The notes below the pieces were generated by a model that worked only from the letters and a program-made list of their open reading frames with translations, searched no databases and had not been told where the DNA came from. From positions 1,798,001 to 1,862,000 of the forward strand of contig CP089274.1 of assembly GCA_023920165.1 (NCBI GenBank): a stretch of DNA of 64,000 nucleotides. Reading direction: 5' to 3'. The translations under genes were made by a program, and so were the position numbers. This document shows positions 39,442 through 51,360 of this stretch, piece after piece. The first letter of the stretch is position 1. Every line of letters starts with the position of its first letter. The DNA comes from Curvularia clavata (lineage: Eukaryota).

Positions 39442-40073
39442 TGCTACTGAGTCATGGCACGTAAAGCAACGCGCCATCAATCAGGTCTGGCACGCCCATG
39501 CCTCAACTAGCGCTTGGAGGAAAGTATTTGAGACATGTGGCCACAAAACGTCGCCAATATAACCTCGCTGATGCACGAAAGGCACTGTGCTCGTGTTCCA
39601 CGACCACATCACGTGACTGGTCGTTCACTCCTTGTAGTCCTGCAGGACAAGAACAACATGTTTTCCTTCAGATCGAACAAGGCTCATTTTGTATTCAATG
39701 TAGCTTGCTTCTCGAGCATTCAAGTTTTGGGGTTGTATTATAGCGCACGTTCACGGAATAGAACGTCAATCGCACTCTGCGCAGCCAGCCTCGAGATAAA
39801 CTAGGAGCCGATGGTATCGGATGCTCACATTTCTACTCTCCAATTCAGTCATAGTATCATTGAGAATAGGTCTCCAACTAGGCTGATAGTGGACATGTTG
39901 CCGTGGGACCTGTTCGCTCCCACCGGTTTGAGGCTCAAGCACACGATTGCGGGGCTATGACATGTGCATCTTCCTTCAACATCGTTACGTCACACATATT
40001 CATCTTCTCTTATAACGGATCACCATGGCGCTTCGGCAACATAGTCTGCACGAATCTACCAACTCCAAACACA

Positions 40074-41392
40074 ATGCCTTCAGCCATAGTCACCGGCGCT
40101 ACTGGTAAGCTTTGGCCCAAGACTCGGCCAACGTATCCTAACATACCACAGGCATCCTTGGTCGCGAAATCGTCCTCGAACTCGGCAAGCACCGCCAACA
40201 ATGGCCCATCGTACATGCCCTCTCACGCAGCAAAAAAGAAGAGTGCCCAGAAAATGTAATCCACAACCATATTGATCTGCAGTCTGACCCAGATACCATG
40301 GCCAATGACCTTAAAAATGTACGCGGAGAATACATCTTCTTTGCCGCCTATCTCGCCCAAGATAAGGAAGAAGATGCGTGGGATGTCAATGGTCGCATGC
40401 TCTCCAATTTCCTTTCAGCACTCGAGAAGACAGGCGCCGTCTCCGAAGTCAAGAGAATCATCCTAGTCACCGGTGCCAAACAATACGGAGTACACCTTGG
40501 TGTACCAAAACAACCCATGCTTGAAGACGCACCCTGGCTTACCTCATCCGAATGGCCTCCAAACTTCTACTACAACCAGCAGAACATCTTGCACGACTTC
40601 TGCGCCAAGCACAAGAAGGAATGGGTAGTAACATACCCTAACGACGTCATTGGATTTGCACAAGGAAACTTTATGAACCTGTCTTCAGCCTTGCCTCTCT
40701 ACGTGCTTGTCTCCAAGGAAATGGATGGCGGCAGCAACGGCATTGAATTCCCTGGTTCGCCAACTTTCTACACGAGATTCGACTGCTTTACTAGTGCGAA
40801 ACTGCACGCCGAATTCTGTGCCTGGGCAGCCTTGGAACCACGCACCGCGAATCAGGCCTTCAACGTGGTCAATGGTGACGTAGAGAGCTGGCAGAACCTC
40901 TTCCAAAAAGTGACAAATTACTTTGGCGCCACCGTCAAGCCAGACCAGTTCAAGAGCGTTTACAGTGGCGGCAGTGCTAGCGTAACCGAAAAGATCAAAG
41001 GCATGGTCGCAGGCACAAATGACCAGTCTTCTGTCATGAACATGGCGCCTAGACCACCCATTTCCGCAGAGGCAGACTCACTGGGTCTTCAGGGCACGCC
41101 AGCGCTCCAGCCCAGTAAAGTAGAGCAGCACATTGATCTCGTAAAGTGGTCCCAGCGCGACGACGTCAAGCAAACCTGGAACGCCATTGCAGAGCGCGAG
41201 GGCTTGGACAAGGGCATCTTTGATAAGGCAACGTGGGGATTCCTGGGATTTGTTCTTGGCAGGAACTTTGATCTCGTGATCAGCATGAGCAAGGCGAGGG
41301 AGTATGGCTGGACGGGGTACAGAGACACTTGGGGAAGTATGAAGGAAGTGTTTGAGGAAATGAAGACGGCAGGCGTCCTGCCCAAGGCCTAG
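40074..41392 (+). CDS. PRISE-type (progesterone 5-beta-reductase/iridoid synthase-like, SirQ-like) extended SDR; intron 40105-40151
   Basis: Spliced 'AIVTGATGILGREI', 'TGAKQYG', 'NFYYNQQ', 'NQAFNVVNGD' and 'ISMSKAREYGWTG'. Confidence 0.9.
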
Positions 41393-41744
41393 AACGAGAC
41401 CTGGAGAAATACGTTCCGAATGAGTAACCGAGAAATCGGGGTCATGCATAGTAATCTCCAAGTATATCTCCTTGGTTATCACTGTAGTTCCCCCGACAAG
41501 CTGTGCAACGTCAATGTGGAGCCGCATCATAATGGTGTCGACAAAAGTGTGGCAGCAAGTGGAGAGTGACAACTACGACTAAACGTGATAGAGAAAATGG
41601 TAGCATTTTGGTCTTGTGTAATTGCCTCACACCAAATTCTTTCATCGAAATCAGTAGTAGAACTTGCGCAGGTGCTTCGTCATCGTGGGTATCTAGATAT
41701 CTTGCAACGCAACCACACCACTCTTTTCCCTCGTCTTATGCCAT

Positions 41745-44549
41745 CTAGAACACCGCACCGCCAATAATAAACACTCTCTCCTCCTCTCTTCTTACCCACT
41801 GGATAATCTTATTCGCACTTTGCGCCAGCGCCGCCCGCGACGTGTTCGCCGGCGCAACAGCGTACAGCTCAAACAGCGGTGTGCTCCAGCCCAGAGCCAT
41901 ACATGTCGTGTTAGTTTCGTGATGAACTTTTAGCGTTGAAGGTTTGCTATGCAGATTACTGTGAAGTTTGTTGTAGAGATTAAGCAACCTAGAGCCCCAC
42001 TCTTGGTCAGCGTAAACGTTTACATTAAGTCGATCAAAGGGGAAATTGCATGTGTGTGTGCATCCATGTATATGCAATATGTACATGTATATACATGCAA
42101 CACGACGCAAACAAGGGAGACAGACGCAGGTGTGTCTATTCCCTTATTGCCAAGGTACCCAAAAGAAAAGAGCGGATAAAAAGGGCGTCGATGATGCTGA
42201 TGATAATGACTTTCGGGATATACGCACCGTCGCTTCTCCAAATCGCCTCCAAAATACGGAGCATAGCTCGGCATGGTAAATTGCACGTTACCCCTCGACT
42301 TGTACAGAAAGTGTCTTAGTGGACTTCCCGGCACAATGTCCGTGCATGCAGGACGTCCCTGCTGGACGGCGATACGAATCGCTTCAATAGATCCGATGCG
42401 CTGCAAGTTCTGCGGAACCACCCGTTAGTGTCAATGCATCTTTCATCCGTTGCTGTCTCTATCTCTCTTCCCTATCGACATCATATTAAAAGAAGGCCAT
42501 GTCCGAATTTCCCGTCAACTGGGTAAACCTTTGCTTTGAAAGGGCCGAAAGAGCGAAGAATAAGACGGGAGGCGCGCCTCATCGGAGAAGGAGATAACCT
42601 CCAATGTCCATGTGGATCGGGGAAGCCAGTGTCCGAAGCCGAAGGGTCAAATCACCCTCCGCAATGCCGTCCGTCTGCGGTGCACGATTTGCCTCACACG
42701 GGATGGTATCCCATCCAGGGTGGGCAAGGGTGCGGTAATTTCCCCGCTCCACATCATTCGATGCAATACTCGCAACGCAATCCTGCCACTTGACCAGCCA
42801 TCCACGCGTCGCGACATGACCTGGTCCGGTGTGCTGGGCCGTGCTAGGAATTAAGGAGATTTTGCAACAAAACAGCTGCCAGAAAGAGTAACCGGACAAG
42901 CAACAGGGGGCTGGAACTTTACACCACTTACCTCAATTAAATCGTCTCTCATCCGTCTGAGTTCAAAAAAACTCTCTTTATCGGCGCTTATCAAGAGAAC
43001 GGCGACCTCATCGTCTGCCCCGTCACTTGTGCGAGGCCGCTCTTGCATATGCTCTGTTGGGTCCTCTAGGTTTAGGAAGCTGACATACATGTACAGATAG
43101 CCAGTGTTGTTGAAGCCCGGCAAACACAAGGGGATCCAGTTTTCACCACCGCCAGCCTTGACACTACCTGCTTCAAAGAGCATGTTGAAGATGAGATGAA
43201 GGTCGCCCGGATGCAGGCTATGCTTCTTAGGCCGGACAACCGACACGAGCTTACCAGAGGCTACTATCAGACCATACAGGAGGTTCTCAGAGCGGGTTTT
43301 GAGCAAGGCATTGTTGATGGCAGTACGATGCGACTTGCGCAGTTTCAAGCATTCGAGGGCCGATAGTAATGTTGAAGGCGATCCTCGTGTGAAACCATCT
43401 GCCAGGGCAGACAAAAGAGTCTCGGTCCCCTGCAGAGGGCGGCGCAAGTCGTAGTTTGCACGTGCGGCGAACATGCGCTCCATGCTGGGCAGTGTGAGGG
43501 TCGAGAGAATCTGCATGTAAAGTGCTTCGAGCTGTGACCGAAGTTGAGAGTCGCTCTCTGCCAGGCGCGTTATAGCGACCAGATTGAGCGGGCCCTTGGT
43601 CAGAACGACAAAACGTACATCACCAGCAGTGAACCCCTTGAGCGTGTCGTGCGTGGATTGGTAGAATGATATGATGGTCTGCACAATGCCAATGTAGTTT
43701 GTGACCAGTTGATCGTTGCCGTGTCGACTGTATATAGGCTTGCCGGCGCTGGAGAGGATCAAGAAATGTTTGAGTTTGGCACGCCATTGACGCATAACCG
43801 CTTCTATACACTACATCAGCAAGCCCTACCTCTAAATAAATGACGCGTGCCTGACCTTGGTTTGATCCATCCGCGTTCAAGTCATCTACCTCGTCGAACT
43901 CGCGGCGGAAGGCTGCTTCAAACTCGGGGTCTGGCGGGAACAGGCTTTGCGACTCGGCATCGACGAACTTCTGCCCTAAGGACCGTAAGAGGGACTTTTC
44001 CTGCTCCGATCTTTCAGCTGGACCCATGATTTCGCCTAATATGCTCTCCTGGTATCCTGCTGCCTCTACGGTCGGCGCATAGCTGCATATGCTCGCACTA
44101 TCATCGACATCGCTGATGTTACGAGCGCCCCCGTTTGCGACCCCTAGATTGCGCGGCTTGGGCGCCGCAGACGTCGGCGACGAATCCTTCTGATCGGTGG
44201 CAAATGCCTGTGTATTGGCCATGGACAGCTGGGTAGTGGCTTTGGACAGGAGCTGCGGTCTCGAAGGTGCTATCGAGTGCGAGGTCGAGGGCCGCGACAG
44301 CAACCCGAGCGCCGGTCGCGGCGGCAGTGGAGGAGGCGCTGCATACTGTGATGCTAATGAGCTGGTCGAGTTCTTGCGTGAGAAGCCTCGTATTATGCTC
44401 AACGTCGGATTGGTAAAGTCATGCGGCTCTGTCGAATCCCCCTTGGCGGATGCGGCGGTGGCATTGCTGCTCTTCTGTGTCGGCGTCGTGGGCGAGCTGT
44501 GTTCCTCAGAGCCGGGCGTCTGGGGCTCAGCGCTGCCAGTCTCGTCCAT
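41745..44549 (-). CDS. MON1: Vacuolar fusion protein Mon1 (Ypt7/Rab7 GEF subunit); introns 43804-43855, 42410-42931, 41989-42227
   Basis: '[18 protein letters not shown]', '[11 protein letters not shown]', '[12 protein letters not shown]', '[10 protein letters not shown]', 'LRHFLYKSR' and C-terminal '[14 protein letters not shown]'. Three canonical introns restore frame. Confidence 0.95.
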
Positions 44550-45315
44550 CAAGATGGTGGCGGGTGATCATCTAGGCAGCAGTACGGTACCGTGTTTTTT
44601 TCTAAGACATGGCGCGCTTGTTGGAGTGTGCATGTAACCGCGGTGCATCGTGACGCTTATCGAGGTAATCCATCCATCCCATCCCGCATGGGCCCACACC
44701 CAATGACGTTTGTTGCACCTACACATCAACACCACATAATCGGCTCGCCATCTGACCCGTCTCTGTTGCCACGAAGCCTAGGCGCGCATCCAGACTTCAT
44801 CATGCCGTATGTGGTGCTCACTGAATCCCCAAAATAGCCCTGGTCTTGACTGCTCGCCTCAGGCTCCACAGCTTTCCAAATTAGACGCACGCTTCATCAA
44901 CCATGCCGCGGCTATGGCCGAAATGGTTCGGGCCCGGTACTAATTGTTGTCAAGGACCTGCACGCACCATTACATACACGTCTTCAGTCTTGCTGACATA
45001 TCCCACATCATCGTGTACTCAGCGATTCCAACGCAGCGTACTATTCTTAGTAGCTCAGGCCCACTGCATTCGGCAAGGCATACGACGTCCTACACGCGCC
45101 CTTTGACAGTCTGGAACTATTCCAAAAGAGCGGTATGCATGATGATCTATTCTCAAGCTTGTTTGTGGGCAAGTTGACGAGGGAGTAAGGAAGTGAGTCT
45201 GGCCGAAGCAGCATTTCATGCTTGACTTCTGTGAAGTCACCCTTTTTTGTTGGAGAGACGACACCAAAAGCCGAATCGCGCCCACTAATCTCGTAAGTCT
45301 GCACCTCTGGTCTCT

Positions 45316-46332
45316 ATGGTACCCCTCGAAGACGTTACTATTGCTATGTCTCCATGTATGGGAACACCATTGGTATCCTTCTCAACACTAGACGACGTTA
45401 CATCGATCAATTATGCTTTGGACTGGCCGCACCTGGAAGATCCCAGCAACACCACATTTGCAGGACTAACGCAGATCGACATCTGTCATTGCCCAAGAAC
45501 AGACCTGCCTCCACAAGAAGAGACTGAACCGGGACATATATACACTCGGTTTCGGTGCGAGACGCCCAATGTTCGCTTCAAGACCGAACAGGAAGACCTG
45601 TGGGTGTTAGAAGCCCCTCATGGACCCATCAACATGCTACGGCCTGCCACAGAGGAAGAACAAGCCCGACGGCGGGATCTCCAAAACGACACAGACCCAG
45701 CCGTATATCAAGGCAGGAAACTCCTCTTTCTGACAGGACCCTGTCCTCGCGGACGGTACCAGGCATTTGCTACTCAACGATGGCTGGAAACGCTGCGTCC
45801 TGAAGCCCAGAAGCACGTCTCGTGCCTATGTATACTCATTCAGCCCTATGAGGAAGACTGCTCTGACGAAGCCACCCGTCTCGCATACACACAACTTACC
45901 AAGTACCTCCTAAAGCACATACCACTACTACAAACACTCTACCTCCATATCTGCCCCGAAGGAAACCATCTCTGCACTGCAGCAAACGAGTTTAGCGATC
46001 TACTTCACAGGGGGAATACCAAAATTGTTGTTGTTGATCACGGTGAGACTGAAAAAAGGACAGAGTACCATGATCCCAACGCATTCATAGATGCCATGAC
46101 GGCAATGGCGAAGCGAGTAAAGCCGCCTTGTAGGGTCAGCGGTGCTGAGCAGGGGAAGAAGGTTGAGCACCATCATGGTGCTGATGGCGCTGAACCGAGT
46201 GCTCAAAAAGAAGAAGAGGAAAAGGAGGGGGATGAAGAGGATGAAGAAAACGTCGACGACGATTGGACTGATGCGGGCATGAGTCCTACATCACCTCAGA
46301 CCGAGACGGATAAAGGATGGCAACTTTTATAA
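45316..46332 (+). CDS. Hypothetical protein with an acidic C-terminus
   Basis: 338-aa ORF with globular composition and no recognisable family. Confidence 0.75.
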   Translation: MVPLEDVTIAMSPCMGTPLVSFSTLDDVTSINYALDWPHLEDPSNTTFAGLTQIDICHCPRTDLPPQEETEPGHIYTRFRCETPNVRFKTEQEDLWVLEAPHGPINMLRPATEEEQARRRDLQNDTDPAVYQGRKLLFLTGPCPRGRYQAFATQRWLETLRPEAQKHVSCLCILIQPYEEDCSDEATRLAYTQLTKYLLKHIPLLQTLYLHICPEGNHLCTAANEFSDLLHRGNTKIVVVDHGETEKRTEYHDPNAFIDAMTAMAKRVKPPCRVSGAEQGKKVEHHHGADGAEPSAQKEEEEKEGDEEDEENVDDDWTDAGMSPTSPQTETDKGWQLL

Positions 46333-46857
46333 TTCATATGGTTTGGTACACATATACACGAACATGCCCGTGTCAATTTGCATCTTACATCTAAGAATAA
46401 TGACCCTTATTGCTTCCTGTACGCATTCTATTACTAATTCCAACACCACCATCAGAAGGGACCAATCTTTATTCGAAAAATATTTTGTTTTTGGCAAAAC
46501 TAGTTTATACTGACAACTTGTTGATCACCCAACCTTCATTATATGAGACGAATCAGAACGAAAGGCAACATATATGGCAAAAACTAAGCTAGAATTGAAC
46601 AAAGATCCAAGCATGTGGACCTTCTCGCGAGTGTGATGGGCTAAATATATACATAAAAAAGGATGTGGGAAAGAGCATTACAAGTGCTGTCCCGTCAAGA
46701 GTGAAAACGCCCCGTCCAAGAGGGACCACAACAAAACACCAGAACCATCTAGTACACGCTCCAAGAAAACATGAAAATAACAACAAGAAACGCTTGACAA
46801 TCCAACAATATTCATCATCGTTACGCATGACTTTCCTCTTGACTTCAATCAACAAAT

Positions 46858-49800
46858 TTACCATCCACCCCTCACCCTTCTTACTTTCTCTTTACCGCCA
46901 ACCCGACCCGCTGTGATGCGCCTGACCCATCTCCTAATCGCCCAACCCCTCGCTAGGGCCTGGAAAGCCAAAACGTCGCTTTCCAACTGCTTACGCCTGG
47001 TGTCCTGGATGCTCTTCCAGCGCCGCTGAATCACTGTTGCAGCATCCACCATTCGCTGTCTGGCCTGCGCAACAACTGCACAGTCGTGTGCAATGTGCAT
47101 GGCTTTAATGTGTGTGCTGACTTGGCGGCGGAATAGGAAGTGGCGGAACGCGTTTTGAATCGTCGTTGCGGCGCGGTGTGTGCGAGCGAGCGGAAGGAGA
47201 CGCGAGGCCATGAATGACAGTGTGAGAAGTGTGAAATCACGACCGGGAATGGATCGAGCAGTATTGTGTTGGGAGGTGAAGAGCGCAACAAATGAACTCG
47301 AGCAGCCGACTGCTTTGAGTTTTGCGCTTAGACCCAACTTTCCAGCGATGGAACTGGCCAGGTTGCAAGGCAGATACGTGTCGACAATGACCTCTAGTAC
47401 TTTTGGGTCGGCGAAACTAGTAGTCAGATTTGCTACACGCAGACCATGTAGACGCGCGATGGAGCGGGACCACGAGAGGAGAAGGCGCTTGTGGTATGCC
47501 ATTCCATCCTTCCCAGTCGTCTCTGAGCCTTCGTCATCAGAATCGAGCATTCGCTCCTCGAAGTTGTCTCTCGTCCGATACCACTGGTTACGGAAGCGCT
47601 CTGTCTCTTTGACCAGTTGTGGCCAGTCGACCAGGCTTCCTAGCCCACATTTCCCGACAAGCGACCAGAGCAGAGAGAGAGTCTTTTCGCGATGGCCATC
47701 GACAATGTCTTCAGCACGAATGCCATTGACTGCCGCGCTAGGCATGCCTGGAACATTGCTCAAGGCTGCGAGGGCAATTTGCACGTTGTAGACCTTTTGT
47801 GCACGAATAACAGCTGGATATCTAAGGTGTTGAGATAGAACCCAGGTGCCTTGTTGTGACACTTCGCTGGTGAGCAGTTCACCGGTTGGCAGACTGAGCG
47901 TCACGGTATCCTCTTGCTGTGCATCCTGGGTGGAAGATGGATAAAGCAGCAACTCAACAAGGCGATTCAGCATGATGCCGTCGCGGAGGTCAATAGCAAT
48001 GTTTTCGATCTGGTAAGTGTACTCCTGGAGCGGATGCTGAGCATGCTCGACCTTGTAGCTGAGGTGATGGAGTGGGCGTGTAATGTCGCCATGCGAAGGG
48101 AGAAGCATCTTGGACAGCTGATGGAGAACCTCAACAGACGTCTTGTAAGGCGAGGTCGTTTGGAACAAGCAGCCCGGCAGGGCGTTTGCGGTCTTTGCGT
48201 GGTCTAGGACAAGGATCAGCATCAGACTTCGCAGTGCTGTGCGGCGCCACGACCAGCCTTGTGATCCATAATCGTCGTCTCCGCGCGTGAGACTAGCAAT
48301 GCTACCGCCCCCAGATTTCACGCGAACAGCATCCTCGTTCTTGATCAAAAAGGCAGACAGAAAGTTTTCAATCGCCCTACGTTCAGACCGATACTGACGA
48401 GATCCGTCATCTGAACAAGTAGAACCGGTAGACAGACGGCATGGCGTTGTAATCTGGCGGCCAATGATCGCCTCGGCCGCAGCTCGCAGAGCGTTCAGAT
48501 CGTACGACTTGGTCCACAAGTTAAGAAACTTCTTCCGCAAACCAACATCATCCTTTAACCTGAGCGTTTGGGCCAGGAGGTCCTTGGGTATGCTCAATGT
48601 GCCGCACTGTAGTGACGCTTGTAGACGTTTGTGCAGTGATGGCATAGCCGGGTCGTGATAGATGGCAAGCATCTTCTTGCGCAAGTCCTCCGGGCCCTGC
48701 TCGGCGTTTGAGTCCTTATTCGCCGAGTCGAATACAGAGTTCAGGAGCTGTGCGATGGCAACTTCTTGGTAGGTAAGCCAGTTGTCCTCGTACAGCTCCG
48801 CCTGGGCAAGATCCTCGCGGAGTACGGGGTATTTCTCCTTTGGCCGTGGCTGCTCGCCGACCTCGTGGAGCATGGTAATGCTGCTTGCCACGCTTCCCGT
48901 CTTTTGTCGCCGCAGTGCTGTTGGTGGAGACTTGTCGGTGTGAAATGGCGATGAAGACAGTGGTGCGCGCTTTGCCTTGGCCAGCTTTGCTCGTTCACTC
49001 TTGATAGTCGATCTCAGAGATGCGCTACTGTTCGCAGTGGAAGCGGTGCCACCTGCCTTCGATTTGAGTGCCTTTGCTGGCACATCGTCATGGCCAACGT
49101 GCAATCGCGGCCGCTTTTGTGTGCCTTCGGTTCGTTTCTTGGTTTGCAATATCCTCTCGGGCTCCTTGGGGGCGCTGAAATGAACCTTGGGGGCTTTGAC
49201 TACCGGTTTCTTCACCTCCGCTTTAGTGAAGTTGATTTCAATGTGCGTACCACTTCCCTTCTTCTCGAAGACCTCCATACCCGGAGGCACGTTCTCTTTG
49301 CCCCCGCCTGAGCCAGCAATATCACTTGAAAAAGACACGCTCTGTATCGAGCGAGATGTTGCGCTGAGTGGGTCGCGTCTTGATGGCACAGCGAGCGACT
49401 TGCGAGGTAATTTCTTTACTTTCTTTAAAGCCGACACAAGGTCGTTTCCTTCCTCTTCTGATAGTGTGACAAGATCGAGCCCAAGATCCGGCGATGCTTC
49501 TCGGACACTGCGCGGCGCATGTGTGGGCTGTCCAGGGTGGATGGTAAACACCGACGTGTCATCAGTTGGAATGTATATTGTCCTCCGGCGCGCATCCTTC
49601 TTGGGGCCCTGCTTCTTAAGCTCCTTCCTGTCCAGAATATCTTCTTGTAGCTGTACGGTAGCGTTGATCTCGGTATCGTAATCTTCGCTGGGCATTTGAG
49701 ACACGCGTCGTCGGGCAGACCTGTCATGTTGTGGTTCCTGGATAGGCGCTGCAGGCTTAGGTAGTCTCTGTGCCGAGCGCGCAACAGTCGTGTTCTTCTT

Positions 49801-50130
49801 CGGCTTCACAGGTTTAGAAACGATATTTGTGTAGCTCCTTTTCGCTTCAGAGGCTGCTCGTTGTTGCTGTAGCTGTAGTTCTTCCTCCTGCGCGACATCC
49901 TCAAAGATATCTAGAGATGGGTTGAACGCAGGCTTGTGGAGGTTGCGCGTAGGTCGTCGGGGCTTCATCGGACGAGCGGTCGCTTTCAGTTCGGTTGTGT
50001 ATTCGAGATTTGCTGTTGTGTTGTCGTCGTCGAGATAGCTCGGCGCGTAAAGGCCTGCATAGCCGTTATAATGACTGCTTGCTGAGCCATATGGCGCTGG
50101 ACACGGCGTGCCTGCAGTATACCTGTACAT
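46858..50130 (-). CDS. ASPM/abnormal-spindle-like calmodulin-binding protein (Sha1-like) with CH domains and IQ motifs
   Basis: CH domain 'DLRDGIMLNRLVELL...NVQIAL...IVDGHREKTLSLLW' and a second CH-like segment 'NLTTSFAD'. IQ motifs IQNAFRHFLFRR, IQRRWKS and FQALARGWAIRR. Confidence 0.9.
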   Translation of the reverse strand: MYRYTAGTPCPAPYGSASSHYNGYAGLYAPSYLDDDNTTANLEYTTELKATARPMKPRRPTRNLHKPAFNPSLDIFEDVAQEEELQLQQQRAASEAKRSYTNIVSKPVKPKKNTTVARSAQRLPKPAAPIQEPQHDRSARRRVSQMPSEDYDTEINATVQLQEDILDRKELKKQGPKKDARRRTIYIPTDDTSVFTIHPGQPTHAPRSVREASPDLGLDLVTLSEEEGNDLVSALKKVKKLPRKSLAVPSRRDPLSATSRSIQSVSFSSDIAGSGGGKENVPPGMEVFEKKGSGTHIEINFTKAEVKKPVVKAPKVHFSAPKEPERILQTKKRTEGTQKRPRLHVGHDDVPAKALKSKAGGTASTANSSASLRSTIKSERAKLAKAKRAPLSSSPFHTDKSPPTALRRQKTGSVASSITMLHEVGEQPRPKEKYPVLREDLAQAELYEDNWLTYQEVAIAQLLNSVFDSANKDSNAEQGPEDLRKKMLAIYHDPAMPSLHKRLQASLQCGTLSIPKDLLAQTLRLKDDVGLRKKFLNLWTKSYDLNALRAAAEAIIGRQITTPCRLSTGSTCSDDGSRQYRSERRAIENFLSAFLIKNEDAVRVKSGGGSIASLTRGDDDYGSQGWSWRRTALRSLMLILVLDHAKTANALPGCLFQTTSPYKTSVEVLHQLSKMLLPSHGDITRPLHHLSYKVEHAQHPLQEYTYQIENIAIDLRDGIMLNRLVELLLYPSSTQDAQQEDTVTLSLPTGELLTSEVSQQGTWVLSQHLRYPAVIRAQKVYNVQIALAALSNVPGMPSAAVNGIRAEDIVDGHREKTLSLLWSLVGKCGLGSLVDWPQLVKETERFRNQWYRTRDNFEERMLDSDDEGSETTGKDGMAYHKRLLLSWSRSIARLHGLRVANLTTSFADPKVLEVIVDTYLPCNLASSIAGKLGLSAKLKAVGCSSSFVALFTSQHNTARSIPGRDFTLLTLSFMASRLLPLARTHRAATTIQNAFRHFLFRRQVSTHIKAMHIAHDCAVVAQARQRMVDAATVIQRRWKSIQDTRRKQLESDVLAFQALARGWAIRRWVRRITAGRVGGKEKVRRVRGGW

Positions 50131-50499
50131 GTCGGCGGCGGGTATGGTGAATTAGTCTGAATAGAAGGAGCGCCGGCGCATATGTAAAGGGTTGTCCTTG
50201 TCCAAAGGAGTGCAGAGTGGGTTCAGATGAATGCGTTCACGCTTAGCCGGTTGTGGCGTTGGTGGTGGGCCGCTGATTGTCAATATCGTCGCCGGGGCAA
50301 CATTGACGGCTCGAAACACCAAGACGGCTTCGTTCCGCTTGACGTCACTCATCTAGGTAACACAGTGCTGCATCAGCTGTCCATCAAGCTGCATTTCTCA
50401 ACCAGTAGTGACTGCTGCTTTGTGGCCGGTCTTGCAGTAGACACGCGTATGCCATTGACGTCCCCCCTTTTCACGTGTACACCATAGCACCCTCTATGT

Positions 50500-51360
50500 C
50501 TATGGAATGCCTCTGCCAGCCCGAATTGCTTTTGCAGCCTCACTCTGAGCTTTATCATCTGCATATCTTTGATAAATGGGCAGGTAATGCTCCCTCTCGC
50601 TCAATGTCTCTTTGACACTTTTCCTGCTTTCAACCGCAGCAAGCCACTTCCTGAACCTCTTCCAAACCTCCTCGTCTTCGCCGCCCTTGCCCTCGTCTGG
50701 AATGCCCGAGCCTCCCTTGAAGTGGTCAAATACCCACAGTCTGTTGGCCCATGGCGCAATCACAATGTCGATGAGCCCAAAGTCCTTGCCCGAAAAGAAC
50801 GGGCCTTCTTTGTCCATCTCCCGCGTAAACTCCTTGATGTGATGCAAAAACTCCTTCTGCTTCTCTTCCAACCCATCGCCTTGATGCTGGAGAAAACGAT
50901 GCCAGGCGGGAATAATGCGGCTACCTACATAATCTGTCCAGATCCTTGTTCTTGCGCGTTCATAAGGATCCGTAGGCATTAGATGTGGTGTGTGCTGTGG
51001 AAATGCTTCTTCGAGGAACTCGCAGAGAACGGTGCTCTCGTACAGTGGCTTGTTCTGGTATTGAAGCGTAGGGACGAGGCCGCGAGGGTTGAGATCAAGC
51101 AGAGACTGTGGTTTGTGATACGGGTTTACTTCAATGTATTGGTATTGGATGCCTTTCTCCTCAAGCGCAATCCATACACGCTGCACAAAAGGGCAAAACC
51201 AGCCAGAGTAGAGTTTCAGAGGACATTCAGCCGAGTGTGCCTGAGCAAAGTTAGCGCCTGAAAATTGATACCCGTGTGTTTGTGAGCCTACCTTGACTGT
51301 CGCTGCCGCCAGGCCTGTAGCCTCTGGGTGAAGTTCGGCGTCTGGGTGATCTTTGCCCAT
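50500..51360 (-). CDS. Glutathione S-transferase (omega-like, active-site Cys); intron 51241-51291
   Basis: 'FCPFVQRVWIALEEK', 'LNPRGLVPTL' and 'LYESTVLCEFLEE'. GTAGGC...GCTAAC...CAG intron. Confidence 0.93.
   Translation of the reverse strand: MGKDHPDAELHPEATGLAAATVKVGSQTHGYQFSGANFAQAHSAECPLKLYSGWFCPFVQRVWIALEEKGIQYQYIEVNPYHKPQSLLDLNPRGLVPTLQYQNKPLYESTVLCEFLEEAFPQHTPHLMPTDPYERARTRIWTDYVGSRIIPAWHRFLQHQGDGLEEKQKEFLHHIKEFTREMDKEGPFFSGKDFGLIDIVIAPWANRLWVFDHFKGGSGIPDEGKGGEDEEVWKRFRKWLAAVESRKSVKETLSEREHYLPIYQRYADDKAQSEAAKAIRAGRGIP

Noticed and set aside
42498..42515. GGGAAATTCGG resembling RNase P RNA CR-I, and CCGATGAG...GAAA resembling a hammerhead core, in the MON1 intron
   Set aside because: No CR-V partner or room for the rest of RNase P RNA downstream. 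The hammerhead core lacks CUGANGA and the stem II closing pair.
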